63,716 nucleotides of DNA, filler included, from Octopus bimaculoides (GCF_001194135.2; 5 parts of 4 records of this genome joined end to end with filler, not necessarily neighbours in it); one strand, 5' to 3'; counted from the first letter of the whole stretch, positions 26,000 to 39,298 are shown. Notes: a model not told the origin generated them from the sequence alone. Numbers and translations: made by a program.

Positions 26000-26475
26000 T
26001 ATATTTGTAAGGAGGTTGTGTTGTTGAGGGAACAAATATAGGAAGACTATCAAAACTAATTTAATATATGATGATTGAAAGATTTTCTTAAGTTTTGAAA
26101 TGTATATTTTTTAAAACCTGTATTGTTCCATTATAAAAAACAGTTACAGATGAATGTCTAAAGTAAAACTCCCTCTTTATTTAGCCCACATTAATATGAC
26201 TTTTACCTCCTTTTTATCATGGTTTGTATTCTATTTTCTAATTTCCAATGACTAGCATGGAAAGCGGATGTTAAACGATGATGATGAACTAGCTAAACCC
26301 TCCATTGTCTCCTGTGTTGAGTGTTGTTCCTTCAGTAATATTTATTAAACAGTCATTGCTGTTGTTTTTTTTGTTGTTTTTTTTACCTGGATACAAGATT
26401 GGGTAGGGAAGTTGTCTCTTTTATCTTTGTGGAATGTCTAATTCTAGAACATTTCTGAAATTTCTTGTTACTTAG

Positions 26476-26637
26476 GCTGAAAAGCTCTTGAAGAAACAGA
26501 TGAAGAAAGAACGAGCTGATAGAATTTTAAATGAACATAAACGGCTGAAACAGGTGTTGTTGATCCAAAACTTGTTGGACAGTTTTGGAATGGAGCAGGT
26601 TCGCAATGATTTCCGAAATGGCTGGCATTCAGCAGTT
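26476..26637 (+). CDS. CAPRIN1: Caprin exon (AEKLLKKQMKKERADRILNEHKRLKQVLLIQNLLDSFGMEQVRNDFRNGWHSAV)
   Basis: cttag|...|gtaagt; 162 nt, phase 0-0; Caprin dimerisation-region similarity (KRLKTVLELQYVLD...VRTDLKQG). Confidence 0.93.
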
Positions 26638-27379
26638 GTAAGTATTCATATAGAACTTAAGTAAGTTGGGATTTGTGAAAAAAGACATTATTGTATAAAG
26701 TCAGAACCAAAATTTAGTTTCATTTCTAACTTACTGAAAGATCAATTAACTTGATTAATTTTAATATTCTTTTAATTTGAATCTTGTTATTTTACAAATT
26801 TGCAAAGACAATCTTTGCTTCTTTGACATGTCTAGGTAGGCAGGGTTGCATGGTTTTTGGGGTTCAGTCTCACAGCATCTTGAACAATTTTCTTCTGCCA
26901 AAGCTTCAGATAAGCTAACATTCTGAGAGTAAAATTTGCAAGACAGAAGCTTGATAAAAGTCCATTGGAGAGACTGGTCTTGTTTTTGGGTTGAAGATTT
27001 AATCCATTACCTGTCCTTTAGTGAAGTCCACTTTGTACTTTACCTTCTCTCACACCAGTCTCAGAGAACGCATAAACAGTCTTCATTGCTCTTCCTTCTC
27101 TGTGTTGAGGAAACATTACAAAACATAGATTAGCTGAAACTGTAATTTACGTCAAACTTATGTTGATTTATGAATTTCATTGTCAAGACTATAGAATGAA
27201 GAACTAGTCAGGTTTTGTTACTTCTCAACATAAAGCATTGTTGATTCCACTTAGGTTTGTTGTCAAAATTACAAGATGTTTTCTTTTACTATTTTCATCA
27301 GTCGTGCTTGTCGGAATATTTTTTTTTAAAGGATTCGGTTGATGTTTATAAAGTTAATTTTTAATTTTTTTTTCAACAG

Positions 27380-27620
27380 GTTCTGACTGAAGAGAATCTG
27401 ACTCAGCTGGATAATATATACAAACATATAAGTCCATCTCGAGATAATCAACAGGATTTTATTACTGCTTCTGAACATTTATGTAGCTTATTGGATGGCA
27501 AAGACAAAGCTGTTCTTGGCACCACTTATAAAGAATTAAAGAAGCTGATAGATTTAATTCTTGCGTGTGGCTACTTTGAAAATGCTCCTCGTTATGACGC
27601 CAATGGACCTTCAACAGAAG
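27380..27620 (+). CDS. CAPRIN1: Caprin exon (VLTEENLTQLDNIYKHISP...ASEHLCSLLDGKDKAVLGTTYKELKKLIDLILACGYFE...)
   Basis: aacag|...|gttagt; 241 nt, phase 0-1; matches ASIHLWDLLEGKEKPVCGTTYK. Confidence 0.95.
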
Positions 27621-29951
27621 GTTAGTTGCTTCACTTCTCTCCTCCCCCCCCCATTCTGTCTGTGAGAACTGCAAAGTTAATCAAATCATCCTTTTGTGTT
27701 TTTCATTACTATTTTCCAAATTATTTTGTTACCCACCCAGAACCTTAAATAGGATTTCTGTATAAAAAGTTCTCTTGATCAGTTTTGTTTATTAGAAGTG
27801 AATATAGATTTGAATATAAAGTGTTAGTGACCAGCTGCTAACAGGGATTGTCTTGCACAGTTGTTTAAAGAAGTACTTGTAATATACTGAGATATGTAAC
27901 ATCATTCCACTATGAATTATTTCTAGAAATTTGTGGCTTTGTATATGAAATGATTATTTGAAGTGGTGAGGTCTATAAAAGGAGGGTTAATTGAATGTTC
28001 TTTTTTGAAAAAATTACATTTGATTACATTTGTGGGTGTTTTGAGATGAAATATGATAGCATTGAAAGAAAGGGGTCAATCCCTATATACAAATTGACAG
28101 GGATCAAGGGATGTTTGTACACACAGTCTTTGACACCTTGTATTCCATACACTTATGGTAGCTTCTAGAGATGAGAATGTTCTTAGCATTCAATATGTGG
28201 GTTTTGCTCATATTCAGTGTTGTATGTATGCATACAACACTCTGATGTTACTTATGAGTTGTGATATGTACAGCCACCTGCCTAAAGCTTAATCTCTGCT
28301 TCTCCAATAGTGTCATGGATTTGTAAAATATAATCTAAGTCTTTAGGAAAGCTATACATAATGTTTGAACATCTTTAAAAACTTGTTATTCATAAGTTTG
28401 TTAAACCCAAGCATGGTTAATAGATTAAGGTAAGTAATAGTATTTTGTTGTTTTTTTTTTCTAAATTTCTGACTAAAAAACATTTTTTTAAAATGCATTG
28501 CTTAGGAAGTATTTCAGTAACTTTTTATCTGATCACTGTCGCACGAGTTCAAACCCATTGAAAGACATTATTGTGACCTGCGATCCTTCCTTTTAAATCC
28601 AGTCTATGTATAATTCAGTAAAGCTCCATTTTATGTTGTGGTGATAGGGTCTGCCCTGACTGGTGTCTATGGTTACATTCAGGACATGGAAGCTTTTCTT
28701 TTTTTTCCCAGAGGAGGTAGCTTTCAATGTTTTCAGATGATAGGTTACTGTGTTGAAGTGGACAACTGCAGTCATTCTGACTATGCATGCTTACACACAC
28801 ACACACACACACACTAATGAATGGTGATGTGATTGAAATCTTTTGCAATAATAATGTTCCAGATTTGTCTTTCATCATAACCTTGGGTAGACAAAAAACA
28901 AAATTAATGAAGTCTTGAACCTTTGGTTCAATTAATTTTAATAAAATTCTGAAGAATTTAGTATGAAAAAAAAACTTTGCTGTAAACTTGGTGAGTGGAA
29001 GATAACATGCAATTTTAATGGTAGGTTTTTAGTAAAAGGGAAGTTTGTATCCTAGAACCAGGAATGGTCTCAGTTGGATTGGTATTGAAAGGGGGGTAAA
29101 CACTGGAAGAGAGTTCATGGGTACAACCAATTCTTGATTTTTTCCAAAAAAATGATTTAAGAATTAAAGTTCATAAACATAGATTATGGTGAGTTTTTGG
29201 TATTGTATATAGAATTAATGTAACTAAATATCGAGTACTTACTTTAGAGTGGTTTCTTTTATGATCACCAGTTCTGAGGATTGTTACTGTTTGGAAGTAT
29301 ACTGCACATAGATTCTGGGTTTATCATGTTGAGGTATACTTACACAATTCTAAACACAGTTTTTAATGAAAATAAAATATTTTAATTACTTGAAAATACA
29401 TTGAGAATATTTTCACTCCATAGTTTAGTGATGAAAGACTGAGAAATGTAAGGATCAAATGATAATTTGATTTATCTCAGTTTTTGTGAGTTTTTATTGT
29501 CATAAGAGGGGTTATTTTTATTAAGTCTGTCCAAAATTTTGATTATTTTAGAAATAAAATGCACGAACAGTATTTAATTTGAGACAAGGTCATGAAAGGG
29601 TCAAGTGGTTCATCAAAGAAATATCTTTGTTAATCAGCTAGTAGTTAAATTATTTCATCATCATCATTTATTGTCCATTTTCCATGCTGGTATGGGTTTA
29701 AGCATGGTTTTTGTGGCTGAATGCTCTTCTTAATGCCAACGACGTAATAGAGTGGACCTTTTCTAATTAACAATATTAGATTAAAATAACACTTTTTGCT
29801 GCAGTTAAATTTCTGGAAAACCACATTGGATTTACAAACATAAAATGTTTTCAGTTATTGTAAATATCTGTTTATTGATAGTTAAAAATCTGTTTTGTTA
29901 AATCATAATTTCTTCTGTGAGATATTTAAATTTGAACACATTGCATATCAG

Positions 29952-30272
29952 CTCCTGTTGCTGAAAAATCCAGTGAAAAACCCGCGGAAGAACCAGCTAC
30001 AGTTGTTCCTGTTGAAGTGAACCCAGCTGAGCTGAAGCAACACACAGAGGAAGTTGTAGCCCCAAAACTGGAACCTGAGAAACAGCCCGAAGTCATACTA
30101 GAACCAGTGGACAACAGGAAAAACAATACAAGACTGGAAAATCACATTGATAACGATTCTTCTTTCTTCACGACTGGCTCTTCTTTTCCACGTCATCGTC
30201 CTTTCCAAGAAATTGTTTCTTCTGTACAAGGAAGTTTTAACTTCTTGCAGGAATCTACCATAGATTTAGATT
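29952..30272 (+). CDS. CAPRIN1: Caprin exon, acidic linker plus G3BP-binding segment (RPFQEIVSSVQGSFNFLQESTIDLD)
   Basis: tatcag|...|gtaagt; 321 nt, phase 1-1; matches QGPYNFIQDSMLDF (G3BP NTF2-binding YNFI motif). Confidence 0.92.
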
Positions 30273-30859
30273 GTAAGTATGTTTTCTTCAAATTAGTTGT
30301 GTCAGAGATGAGAGAATGATATCAACTCAATTTTCATTGAAGCAATCTTGGGATGTTCATAAATTTTAGATCTTTACAATCATCCCATTCAGTACCTTAT
30401 TTTTTGTGCAGTAATCTAAGTTTGAGCAGTTTAAATTTTGTTAGAACATGGTCTAGGAATATTTATAGAAACTAAATTTCAAATTCAAAACAAGAAGTGC
30501 AAATTGAAAATTAAAGAAAGAAAATTCTTCTGTATATTGAATATGAATGACAAAAGAAAAAAAATATTACCATAAATTTGGGATCACACCTTGCTTGATT
30601 GGTGTTGACCTGTTGTTATATTTGCATCTTAAATATATTTTCACTGACCCCATAACTACTCATTTCACTAACAAATTAACACTAAATCATTGCCATCTTA
30701 ATTACAATATCTATAAATAAGAATTAATTAGTTATAAAAGATGAATTTAGATTTTCATTTAGTTTAGTATTTTGCTGCTTATAATGATCAACTGTATAGT
30801 TCTGAAAACCATTTCCATGGTTGAGTGGTTCTGTGGGATGTGGGAAATGGCACTCCATC

Positions 30860-31140
30860 AGTTGCGATGATGAGGGTTCAACAGAACAGCTCGCTTGTGA
30901 AATTATGGTGCAAATGGCTGAGTACTCCACAGACACGCATACCCTTAATGTAGTTCAACATGACACAGAATGTGACAAAGCTGGCCCTTTGAAATAAAGA
31001 CACAACCCATTTTTGTCAGTTGAGTGGACTAGAGCAATAAAGTGAAATAAAGTGTCTTGCTCAAGGACACAACATGTCGCTGAGAATTGAACTCATGATT
31101 GTGAACTGAGTCCCCGAACCACTAAGCCATGCACCTTCAC
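30860..31140 (-). mobile_element. Degraded family-B SINE
   Basis: gaacagctcgcttgtgaaatt...gagtactccacagacacgcatacccttaatgtagttc, similar to 4740-4830. Confidence 0.75.
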
Positions 31141-31336
31141 AGAAATAAGTTGTTAGGAATTGTTTCTTAGTTTTCCTTTGTTGTCATCCAAGGTTTCTTT
31201 TTTTTTTTTTTTTTTTTTTCTTATAAAATATTTTCTTTGGTAAAACTTTGCTAATTAAAGAAATTTAATAGTGAATAATTTTTCCTGTTTTTGAAAGATT
31301 TTGATTTTCGTGAAAATGTGAATTTTGTTTTTGTAG

Positions 31337-31977
31337 CTCCACAACATATGGACCCCGCGGTAGTAGCTGCTCACCCGATGCCAGCAGTCCGACATGCACC
31401 AAATACATCGGTAGATGTTAACAGTCTCACTCAGGCAGGATTTGTTGCTCCTGGCTACGACCAAACTGCTGCTGCTGTCGCAGCAGTTGCTGCTGCACAA
31501 TCTCAACAACAACAACAACAACAACAACAGCCGCAGCAGCAGCAACCCCCACATCAACCAGCACCACCACCACCACCCCCATCAACAACTGTGCCTGCTT
31601 CACATCATCCAGTGATTAAGTCTACACCTCAGCCAACTGTGCAACATGTGCAACAAGCACTTCCACCATCAGTGCAACCTAATTCAGCAGTGACATTGGA
31701 TGTTGCATCTGCTAATCCAGCTCAGGCCCATGCTACAGCTCTCTTATCGACTACGCCTGCTGCTGCTGCTGCCGCTGCCAATGTGGTCAGCCAACAACTG
31801 GACTACTCGAACCAAGCATTCACTCAGAATGCAATTTCTCAAAATTTATCCACCGATTCTTTATTCCATTCGGTGGAAGACTGCCCACCCACTCACTCTA
31901 TGATTGGCCAATCTGTAAACGATACTTCTGTACCTGCATTTGAAATTCCGACCATTCCCTTGCCAAACCAAACACAA
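31337..31977 (+). CDS. CAPRIN1: Caprin exon, Q/P/A-rich disordered region (SPQHMDPAVVAAHPM...PLPNQTQ)
   Basis: ttgtag|...|gtgagt; 641 nt, phase 1-0; MDPAVVAAHPM matches LDPAIVSAQPM; polyQ, polyP and polyA tracts. Confidence 0.92.
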
Positions 31978-33300
31978 GTGAGTAGATTTCTGTTCTCAAC
32001 AATTTTGTTGGTTTCAGATTTGACATTTTTGTGAAAAGTAACAAAATTTAAAGCCTACAGACATAAAAAAAAAAAAAAGATTAAATACTGAAACTTCTTC
32101 CCCCCCCCCACTCCTACAAAATGCCTCATAGAATCATTCAGTTGTGTTAGCTTTGAAGAATATTTTTACTGTTTATTTTTGAGTAAAAGAAAACGATAGA
32201 ATATAAGAATCTTCTGGGTTTCTTAATTAAAGATGAATTCTAGAAAGATTCATTTTACTTGGGGAATAGAATGTGATGGATGGACAGAGAAATAAAGCTC
32301 TTATTATATTCAAATGGACTTTTGATTTGTGGGAAAATAGGTTTATTTAAAATCTGAATTCGTTTTCAGAAATCCATGTTCTATCAAAAGATACGACTTC
32401 GCAGTACATAAATGTTACTTCCAGTCTCTTCCAAGTATTAATGATTTGTAGAAACATTTGCTGTTAGAGGGGAGATAACCTCTTCTCTGTAGTAAAGCTG
32501 ATGACCGTCCAAGTTTGTCATTGTTTCCATCGACTGACTCGATTCAGTTATGAACTTGTTTACACTCTCCACACTAAGCTATGATGTTAGCCATAACTCA
32601 GCTTGCTTCACTCTAAACTGATCAGTTTTGCTCTTTTTTCTTCTTTTTCTTTTCTGAAGTACCATCCTATTACTTGGTGGTGTTTTTATATTGTGATTTG
32701 GATTGACCAGTGGCTTGTGGGTGCCATACAACCCATGTATTGATGAGAGTTGGCAATCGGTATAGCAACAAATTTAGTGTACATTTTGCCAAGGTTCAGT
32801 CCCCTCTTGTTTATCATAAGTCTTCTAGGCTGTAACAGAGGAATTTAAAACTGGTTGCTCTTGGGCGTTTCTCTATACGTATGACCTGGTTCTTGCAACT
32901 GAATTTATGTATGTTTTTGTGTTTTATACATACATATATATATATCCCTATGTATATGCATGCGTATGTGTGTGCACTCATGTTTGCATAGGCTGATTTG
33001 TTGGTCTTCTGCACTCTTCCTGTCTATGAAATTCCTCTCCTGACGAAGATATTGGTCCACCACTGGCTCAAGTCAGTTATTTATCCAAGGTGCTCTACAA
33101 TGGTGGAAGACTTGGGAATTACTCAGGAACATTGAACAGAACCAAGACAGGAATATTATTTTACAAGCAATTGAAATTATAACTCTGTTTCCTCTCTGTT
33201 TTTGAACTTATTTCACCTGTGTACATTTAAATTGTCTCTTTCATGATTCATGCAGTATTTCTTCAATTATTAACATGTATCCTGTTTATGAATTTTCCAG

Positions 33301-33333
33301 TTAACAGATGGAGCTATCAGTCCTTTTGTGAAG
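33301..33333 (+). CDS. CAPRIN1: Caprin candidate micro-exon (LTDGAISPFVK)
   Basis: aattttccag|...aag|gtaact; 33 nt, phase 0-0, in frame with both neighbours. Confidence 0.6.
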
Positions 33334-33717
33334 GTAACTCTCTAATCTTTACTATACTACTACCCTACTTGGAGCCAGAAAGATCTTAATAGGTTTTTGT
33401 TTAATTGTACTATTTATAATCTAATTAGTTTATTTTGTTTTAAATTATGAAAATAAGTGTGAAGTCTGTGTAATGATAATTATTATTTTTGTGATTTTGG
33501 CCAGTATCAATTTCTTTGGAATCATTTTATTTTGATAATGACTATAGTAAAGGCATGAACATCACTGTTTACCATTTCCCATATCATTCAGAGACTTAAT
33601 ATTTAATTATGTAAATCCGTTTAATTACTTCTGGCTCCAGTTTGTTTATATTTTTATCTCATCACAACTGGAATAGGACGGAAATTGTACCATTCACAGA
33701 AACGTTATTATTTCCAG

Positions 33718-33892
33718 GATGCCAGCTCCCAGTCTCACGCTGTTAAAAAAATTACCAACTTAAATGCCAATGCAGCCGTATTCCAATCTATGAATGCCAA
33801 TGCAGCTGTGTTCCAGCCACAACATACAGACGCCACCCCGAATAATGAAGTGAAGAGTCAGTTATCACCTCAACCTACAGATTACAATCAGG
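33718..33892 (+). CDS. CAPRIN1: Caprin exon with duplicated PAM2-like motif (TNLNANAAVFQSMNANAAVFQP)
   Basis: tttccag|...cag g|gttggt; 175 nt, phase 0-1, consistent with the next exon. Confidence 0.85.
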
Positions 33893-33965
33893 GTTGGTAA
33901 AGTTTCATGAAATTATCTCTGGAGTTTGGTTTCTGGGATTTGTTACAGCAATATGTATGTGCGCG

Positions 33966-34002
<37 letters not shown>

Positions 34003-34539
34003 CACTGTGTGTATATTTACAATATTTATGTCTACACAGTCTTTTGATTTCCAATGGATGTGAAATGATGATGATGAATCATCTTTGTGTCTTATTCTTG
34101 GGTATATCCAGGTTTCCTTACTGGATTGAAGTAAGAAACCTTTGTTCATAAAGTAAGACTAGTGGTGTCTTGTTATCCATTGTCGATGCACTTGGAAGTG
34201 AGGATTAGAAGATGTCATTGCTACATTAGTTTTAAAGACCTGCAATCTTAGTTAAAATCTTGATATGTATCAAGCAATGAGCTTAGTGGCTATATGTTGA
34301 GAGGTATGTATATATAGCTTCATTTATAGCGCTGGTGGTTGTATGTTGATATTGAACAATGACACCACATGACAATCATAAATTAGATCAGAATGATTGA
34401 AATGTTGTTGAGTTATAATTCATATTTTATAAACATACTTTTTAAAGAAGAGGAATATGGGAGATGGGACCTTTTTTGCGGGCACAGATTGGGCTCATGG
34501 ATAGGGTCCTGTGAGTGAATCGACATAAATAGAATGCTT

Positions 34540-35330
34540 TTAGGACATCACTTTTGCTGTGACAGACTGATCTTGAGCTGCACAGCAAATTGCCATTATC
34601 TCAGTTGTTTGTTGTCTCCTCTGTGAGGCTCAACATCTTGAGATTAGCCTTCACCACCTAATCCCATATCTCCCTGGGTCTCCTTCCACAAGTTCCATTA
34701 ACTTTGAGCAATCAGCACTTTACACACATGTCATCACCTGCATACATCCTCTGCCCATACTGGTGCAGTCTGCTTTCTTGCACATGACATTTGATACCTC
34801 ATGCCCAATTCTCCTCTCAGTACATTTGCACTTTGCACACCCAGAAGAGCATACTAGCTTCATTCCTTGTTTTCACATATCCACTGCATTCAGGGCCCAC
34901 ATTTCACTACCATGTGGCATTGCTGTTCAACAAGCATCATACAATCTGCTTTTCATTCTGAGAGAGAGAGAGAGAGAGAGAGACCTTTTGCCACCAACAG
35001 TTGTAATAGCTCTCTGACATTTCTCCATTCTATTTTTATTCTAGCAACTTTATTTTCAGAAGAACCTCCCCCCACAGCTAATTAGGTCATCTAGGTAATA
35101 GAAATTCTCACCTGGGCATTCAAGAAAATTTACTTCCTGTATGTCATGCAAAGACTAGTTTCTTTAACCTTCCTGCAGAAAGGCCTCATAAAACCAGCCC
35201 CTTTTTGTTCATCTGCCAGTTATGATCAAAGAACATATGCAGATATAAAATGCTGTTGCTCTGTTTTCTGAGACTTAATTGTCCTATTGACCACTTTATC
35301 TACTCACCTTAACATCATTCTTGTAACTAT
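34540..35330 (-). mobile_element. Decayed RTE LINE (RT C-terminal part)
   Basis: rc reads RNVRELLQLLVAKGLSL...MLHGSEMWAL, homologous to 15290-15420 and 51030-51150. Confidence 0.75.
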
Positions 35331-37031
35331 GGCACGTATCTCATCCGCTTTTGTGCTGCCAGTTACTCCCCACTCTCCTTAGAACCCTTTCATTTTAACT
35401 CCATCCCTCAATTTCAACGTCATCCTTTTCTGCTTTATTTTCTACTGCTCACCCTTTTCTGTGTGTCTCAAGGCATCTCTTTCTCTCTCCTCAGACAGAG
35501 CTTAGGACTACCATATCTTTAACACCCTTCCATATCTGCTCTCATTCTCATTACCCTTTTATATCTACAGTCCACTGTCCCCACCTCTCTCTTTATACTC
35601 CCTTATACATCAGATCCTCATCACTCTCACCCCCTACTCTTTACTTTCTGATCTATCTACAGGATTACACTGCTGCTCTCCACTCCACCTGTACTGCTTC
35701 TTATCTCTCACCCTTCCTCCTTAGCTGCTCCTATTTCTTTTACCCCTACCCGCATATTAATGTTTACCATTGACCATCCCCCCACCCTTGTTCTTTTTAC
35801 TACATTCACCTCTCTTCTCTCTCTCTCTCTTTCTCTCTCAAATGAACTTATCTACCCACCCAGTTCCTATGTTCATATTCTCTCTCATCTTCACTTTGTA
35901 CCTTGAGTACGTGCACTGACACCCTGTCCCTACCATCTTTATCTCTCTTTCCAGTTACTCTCACCCACCCTTATCTAAGGCAGAGTATCCATGTGTCTTC
36001 TCCACAGCAAAATACTTGTCTCTCTTTCATACTTTAGCCTGTCTATGACAGGCATAAAGCCACTTCCCTTTTTACTGTAACCCCACTCATTCGAAGGGTC
36101 TTTTTCCTTGTGGCTTACTTGGCAAATTCACTGAGAAAAGCCCCTTGTACACACTGTAAAAGGGTTGGTGTTAGGAAGGGCATCCAGCTGTAGAAGTAAT
36201 CGCAATGCAGACATTGGAACTCATTGGATCCTGCCAAACCACCTGACTCTTGCTTGCCTGGAATATGGTGATGATGATGATGATCAAAAGCTGATCACTT
36301 GCTCAAGGTGCTGCACAGTAGGACTGAACTTCAAACTACATGGTTGGGAAACAAGCTTCTTACCTTCACAGCCAATGATTTCATTTTATAATTATTCATC
36401 CCTTGTTATTTTTACAGATTATGTCAATAATATTGGGTTTAGTTACTGCTACTACTATTACTCCTACTACTATTAATAATATTAACAAGAACATTGAATT
36501 TGAGTGCATTTAAGCAGGTATATAGGTAACCTAACAAAATAGCAGCCAAACCTCTCTGATATAGCCTATAATATCTTAAAAATAAGAAGGGTAAGTTAAA
36601 AAATGTAACTGTAAGCAACAGATTTAGTGGATCAGGGCCTGAACTGGGGACTGAGCAACAAAAATAACACTAGACTCCCAAATGGATTAAAGGGTTGAAA
36701 AGAGGGAAACAAATGTTTCATGAAATTTTGTCCCATTTTTAATGAATTAAGTTGGTTTATTCGAAGGCAAAGAGTTCAACTCCCAGGAGAGTTGTTGTTT
36801 TGTGCCTTTAAATCTCATTATACACCACAATATTCACACTTACAATCAGCTTAAAAACTTCTTTCTCCTATATTCCTCTCTTTTCCCCTGCAAACTATCC
36901 CAGCTGATCATCAATATTTCTGATCAGAAGTAACTGTTCTGTTGCTTATGACACAGCACAAATCTAAGTTAATGTAACAAATAAAATGATTTGACTGTTG
37001 ATAAAATTGTTTAATTACTGTCTAATTTCAG

Positions 37032-37205
37032 GAAACAGTTATTCTCCTGGATATTTCCCAAGAGGAAGCTTTCAGAATCGTAATTACCGTGGTAACAGAG
37101 GCAGTCGAAGTGGTTTAAACAATGGCTTCAATCGGAACAGTAGTGGTAGTAGTAGTGGAGGAAGTGGCGGTGGTGGTGGTGGCAACCGAGGAGCTTACAC
37201 CAGGA
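37032..37205 (+). CDS. CAPRIN1: Caprin exon, RG/RGG-rich region (GNSYSPGYFPRGSFQNRNYRGNRGSRSG...GGNRGAYTR)
   Basis: atttcag|...|gtaagt; 174 nt, phase 1-1; RG-rich like the Caprin-1 C-terminus. Confidence 0.9.
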
Positions 37206-37344
37206 GTAAGTATCTTCTCCCTTTTTTTTGGCTCGTTTAAATTGTTACATTAATGATTGATGTGTTAATTACAAATCTCTATAAACATGTAGTTAAATAC
37301 TTCAAATAATGATTTCATTATCACCAACATAAATCAATAGTTTT

Positions 37345-37625
37345 CTTCAGCCAGTGCCACTTGACTAGCACCTGTGCCGTTGGCTTGTAAGAAGCACCAT
37401 TCGAGTGTGGCCAGTGTCAGTGCCACCTGACTGGGTTCTGTGCTGGTGGCACATAAAAAGCACCCACTACACTTTTGGAGTGGTTGGCGTTAGGAAGGAC
37501 ATCCAGCTGTAGAAACCTTGCCAAATCAGACTGGACCCTGGTGCAGCCTCCTGGCTTGCCAGTTCTCATTCAAAACCACCCAACCCATCCCAGCATGGAA
37601 AGCCGACATTAAACAATGAATTTGA
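37345..37625 (+). mobile_element. RTE LINE 3' tail fragment
   Basis: ggcacataaaaagcacccactacac...ggcgttaggaaggacatccagctgtagaaa...caacccatcccagcatggaaag. Other tails at about 36140-36285 (+), 53215-53410 (+), 39785-39880 (-) and 29655-29750 (-). Confidence 0.8.
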
Positions 37626-38819
37626 TTGTGATGATGACACCAGTGAAGGCCTTGAACCAACTCACCACTCTCTCTCTCTTTTTGGTTGGAATGTTTAGAA
37701 CAAGATACCTTAACAACAACAACAGCATGATTGATTCATTACTCGACTTGCTATGTGATATATAAACTCTACTCCGTCTTCAGTCAACACATAATCAGCA
37801 CCATCTGACAGCCACTCCATCTCTTTTTCTAATAAATGTAAACAAAAAACCCCCCAAAAATTGGTTTCTCTATTTTAATCAAGACAACATCAGATGCATC
37901 TGTTTCTATTTTGTGAATATTTTTGTTAAATTATTCCATTGTCATGGTTGAATACAAGGTTTTACAGCCAATTCCAAATTGTGCTGTTTTCTCACCTGAT
38001 TCTGTTACCATTTTTTACTTATTTCACCAGTCATCTGCCTAACTCCACTTCATCAAATTACCGTCATCATCATCATCATCATCTTTCCTCACTTCAACAT
38101 TCTTAATGTCTGTGGACCTACTGACCTGAACATTGAGTTCCTTTCCTGCAGACACAGATCTTTATGAAGGACACAGTTTTGGGAGTAGGGTACTGCTCCT
38201 CCTTCAACTTTCAATTATATTGTTAGAATATCTTTTGATACAATTTCTATCCAAGTTGCAATATAAATGAATATTACTCTTAATTTTCTAATTGTGACAT
38301 ATAAAACTGAACAAATACTTCCAAAGTTCACTATTTGGAATGGGTTCTGTAAATGTCAATTCGAAAAACCATGAATAAATTCTGGAATTAAATCTTGTGG
38401 AATTAATGACCAGTTTTAGAAACATAAATTCTTTCATCTCAACTTCACACAAAAATCAACTGCAATCACATACATGTCATTAGATTGCAGTTTCTCTTTC
38501 CCTCCTTACAATTGGTTTAACCATGTCCTTTGTAAACTTATCCAAACTTGTCTCTTTTATTCATGCTTAAATGATTGCAGTATATTTTCAACATGTATAA
38601 ATGTGTGTGTGTGTCATGTTTTCATGTATATGAATATACTGATATATATATATATATATATATNNNNNNNNNNNNNNNNNNNNNNNNNNNNNNNNNNNNN
38701 NNNNNNNNNNNNNNNNNNNNNNNNNNNNNNNNNNNNNNNNNNNNNNNNNNNNNNNNNNNNNATATTTAATGCATGTCTGTGTGTATATATAAGCCATGTG
38801 TGAATGTATATATTGCTTA

Positions 38820-38861
<42 letters not shown>

Positions 38862-39050
38862 ATGTATTTATGTGTGTATACATATGTAATGTGTACATAT
38901 GTATATGTACTTGTAAAGGTATGTGTAGATGTGTGTGTGTGTATATGTGTTTGTGTAGATGTGTGTGTATATATATATGTATGTATACATGTATTTGTAG
39001 TTCTGTGTAGTCTCTAATGGAATCCCTGTTTCTCTTCCGGTCACCTGTAG

Positions 39051-39298
39051 GCAATTACTCGGCTTTCTCCAGTGGCCGTGAGTACCGGACAGCTGACAAT
39101 TATGGCGCTGCATTGAATGGTACATCGTTTGGAAGTGGCTTCACCAAACGCAGCAGTGCCAGTCCGGGAAGCACTGGAAATACATCAAGTATCGCTCGCA
39201 CTGGAACCGGCAGTAGTGGGACCAGTGGAAATGGGGGCAGTATGCGAGGTGGTGGCACAGGAGCTGGCGGAGGTGTGTGCGGTGAGGAGCTCATCTAA
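39051..39298 (+). CDS. CAPRIN1: Caprin last visible coding exon (SNYSAFSSGREYRTADNYG...GFTKRSS...GGGVCGEELI*)
   Basis: cctgtag|; phase 1; FSSGREY and FTKR resemble FSAPRDY and NFKR. The ten exons total 2145 nt, divisible by 3. An internal donor (gtgagg at 39282) may give a different C-terminus. Confidence 0.8.

Noticed and set aside
33035-33065. cctgacgaagatattggtcc as another hammerhead
   Set aside because: The GAAA half of the core is absent.
35380-36060. Long C/T-rich tracts (also 420-650 and 52340-53190) giving hydrophobic ORFs
   Set aside because: Low-complexity pyrimidine-skewed DNA with no splice or domain support.
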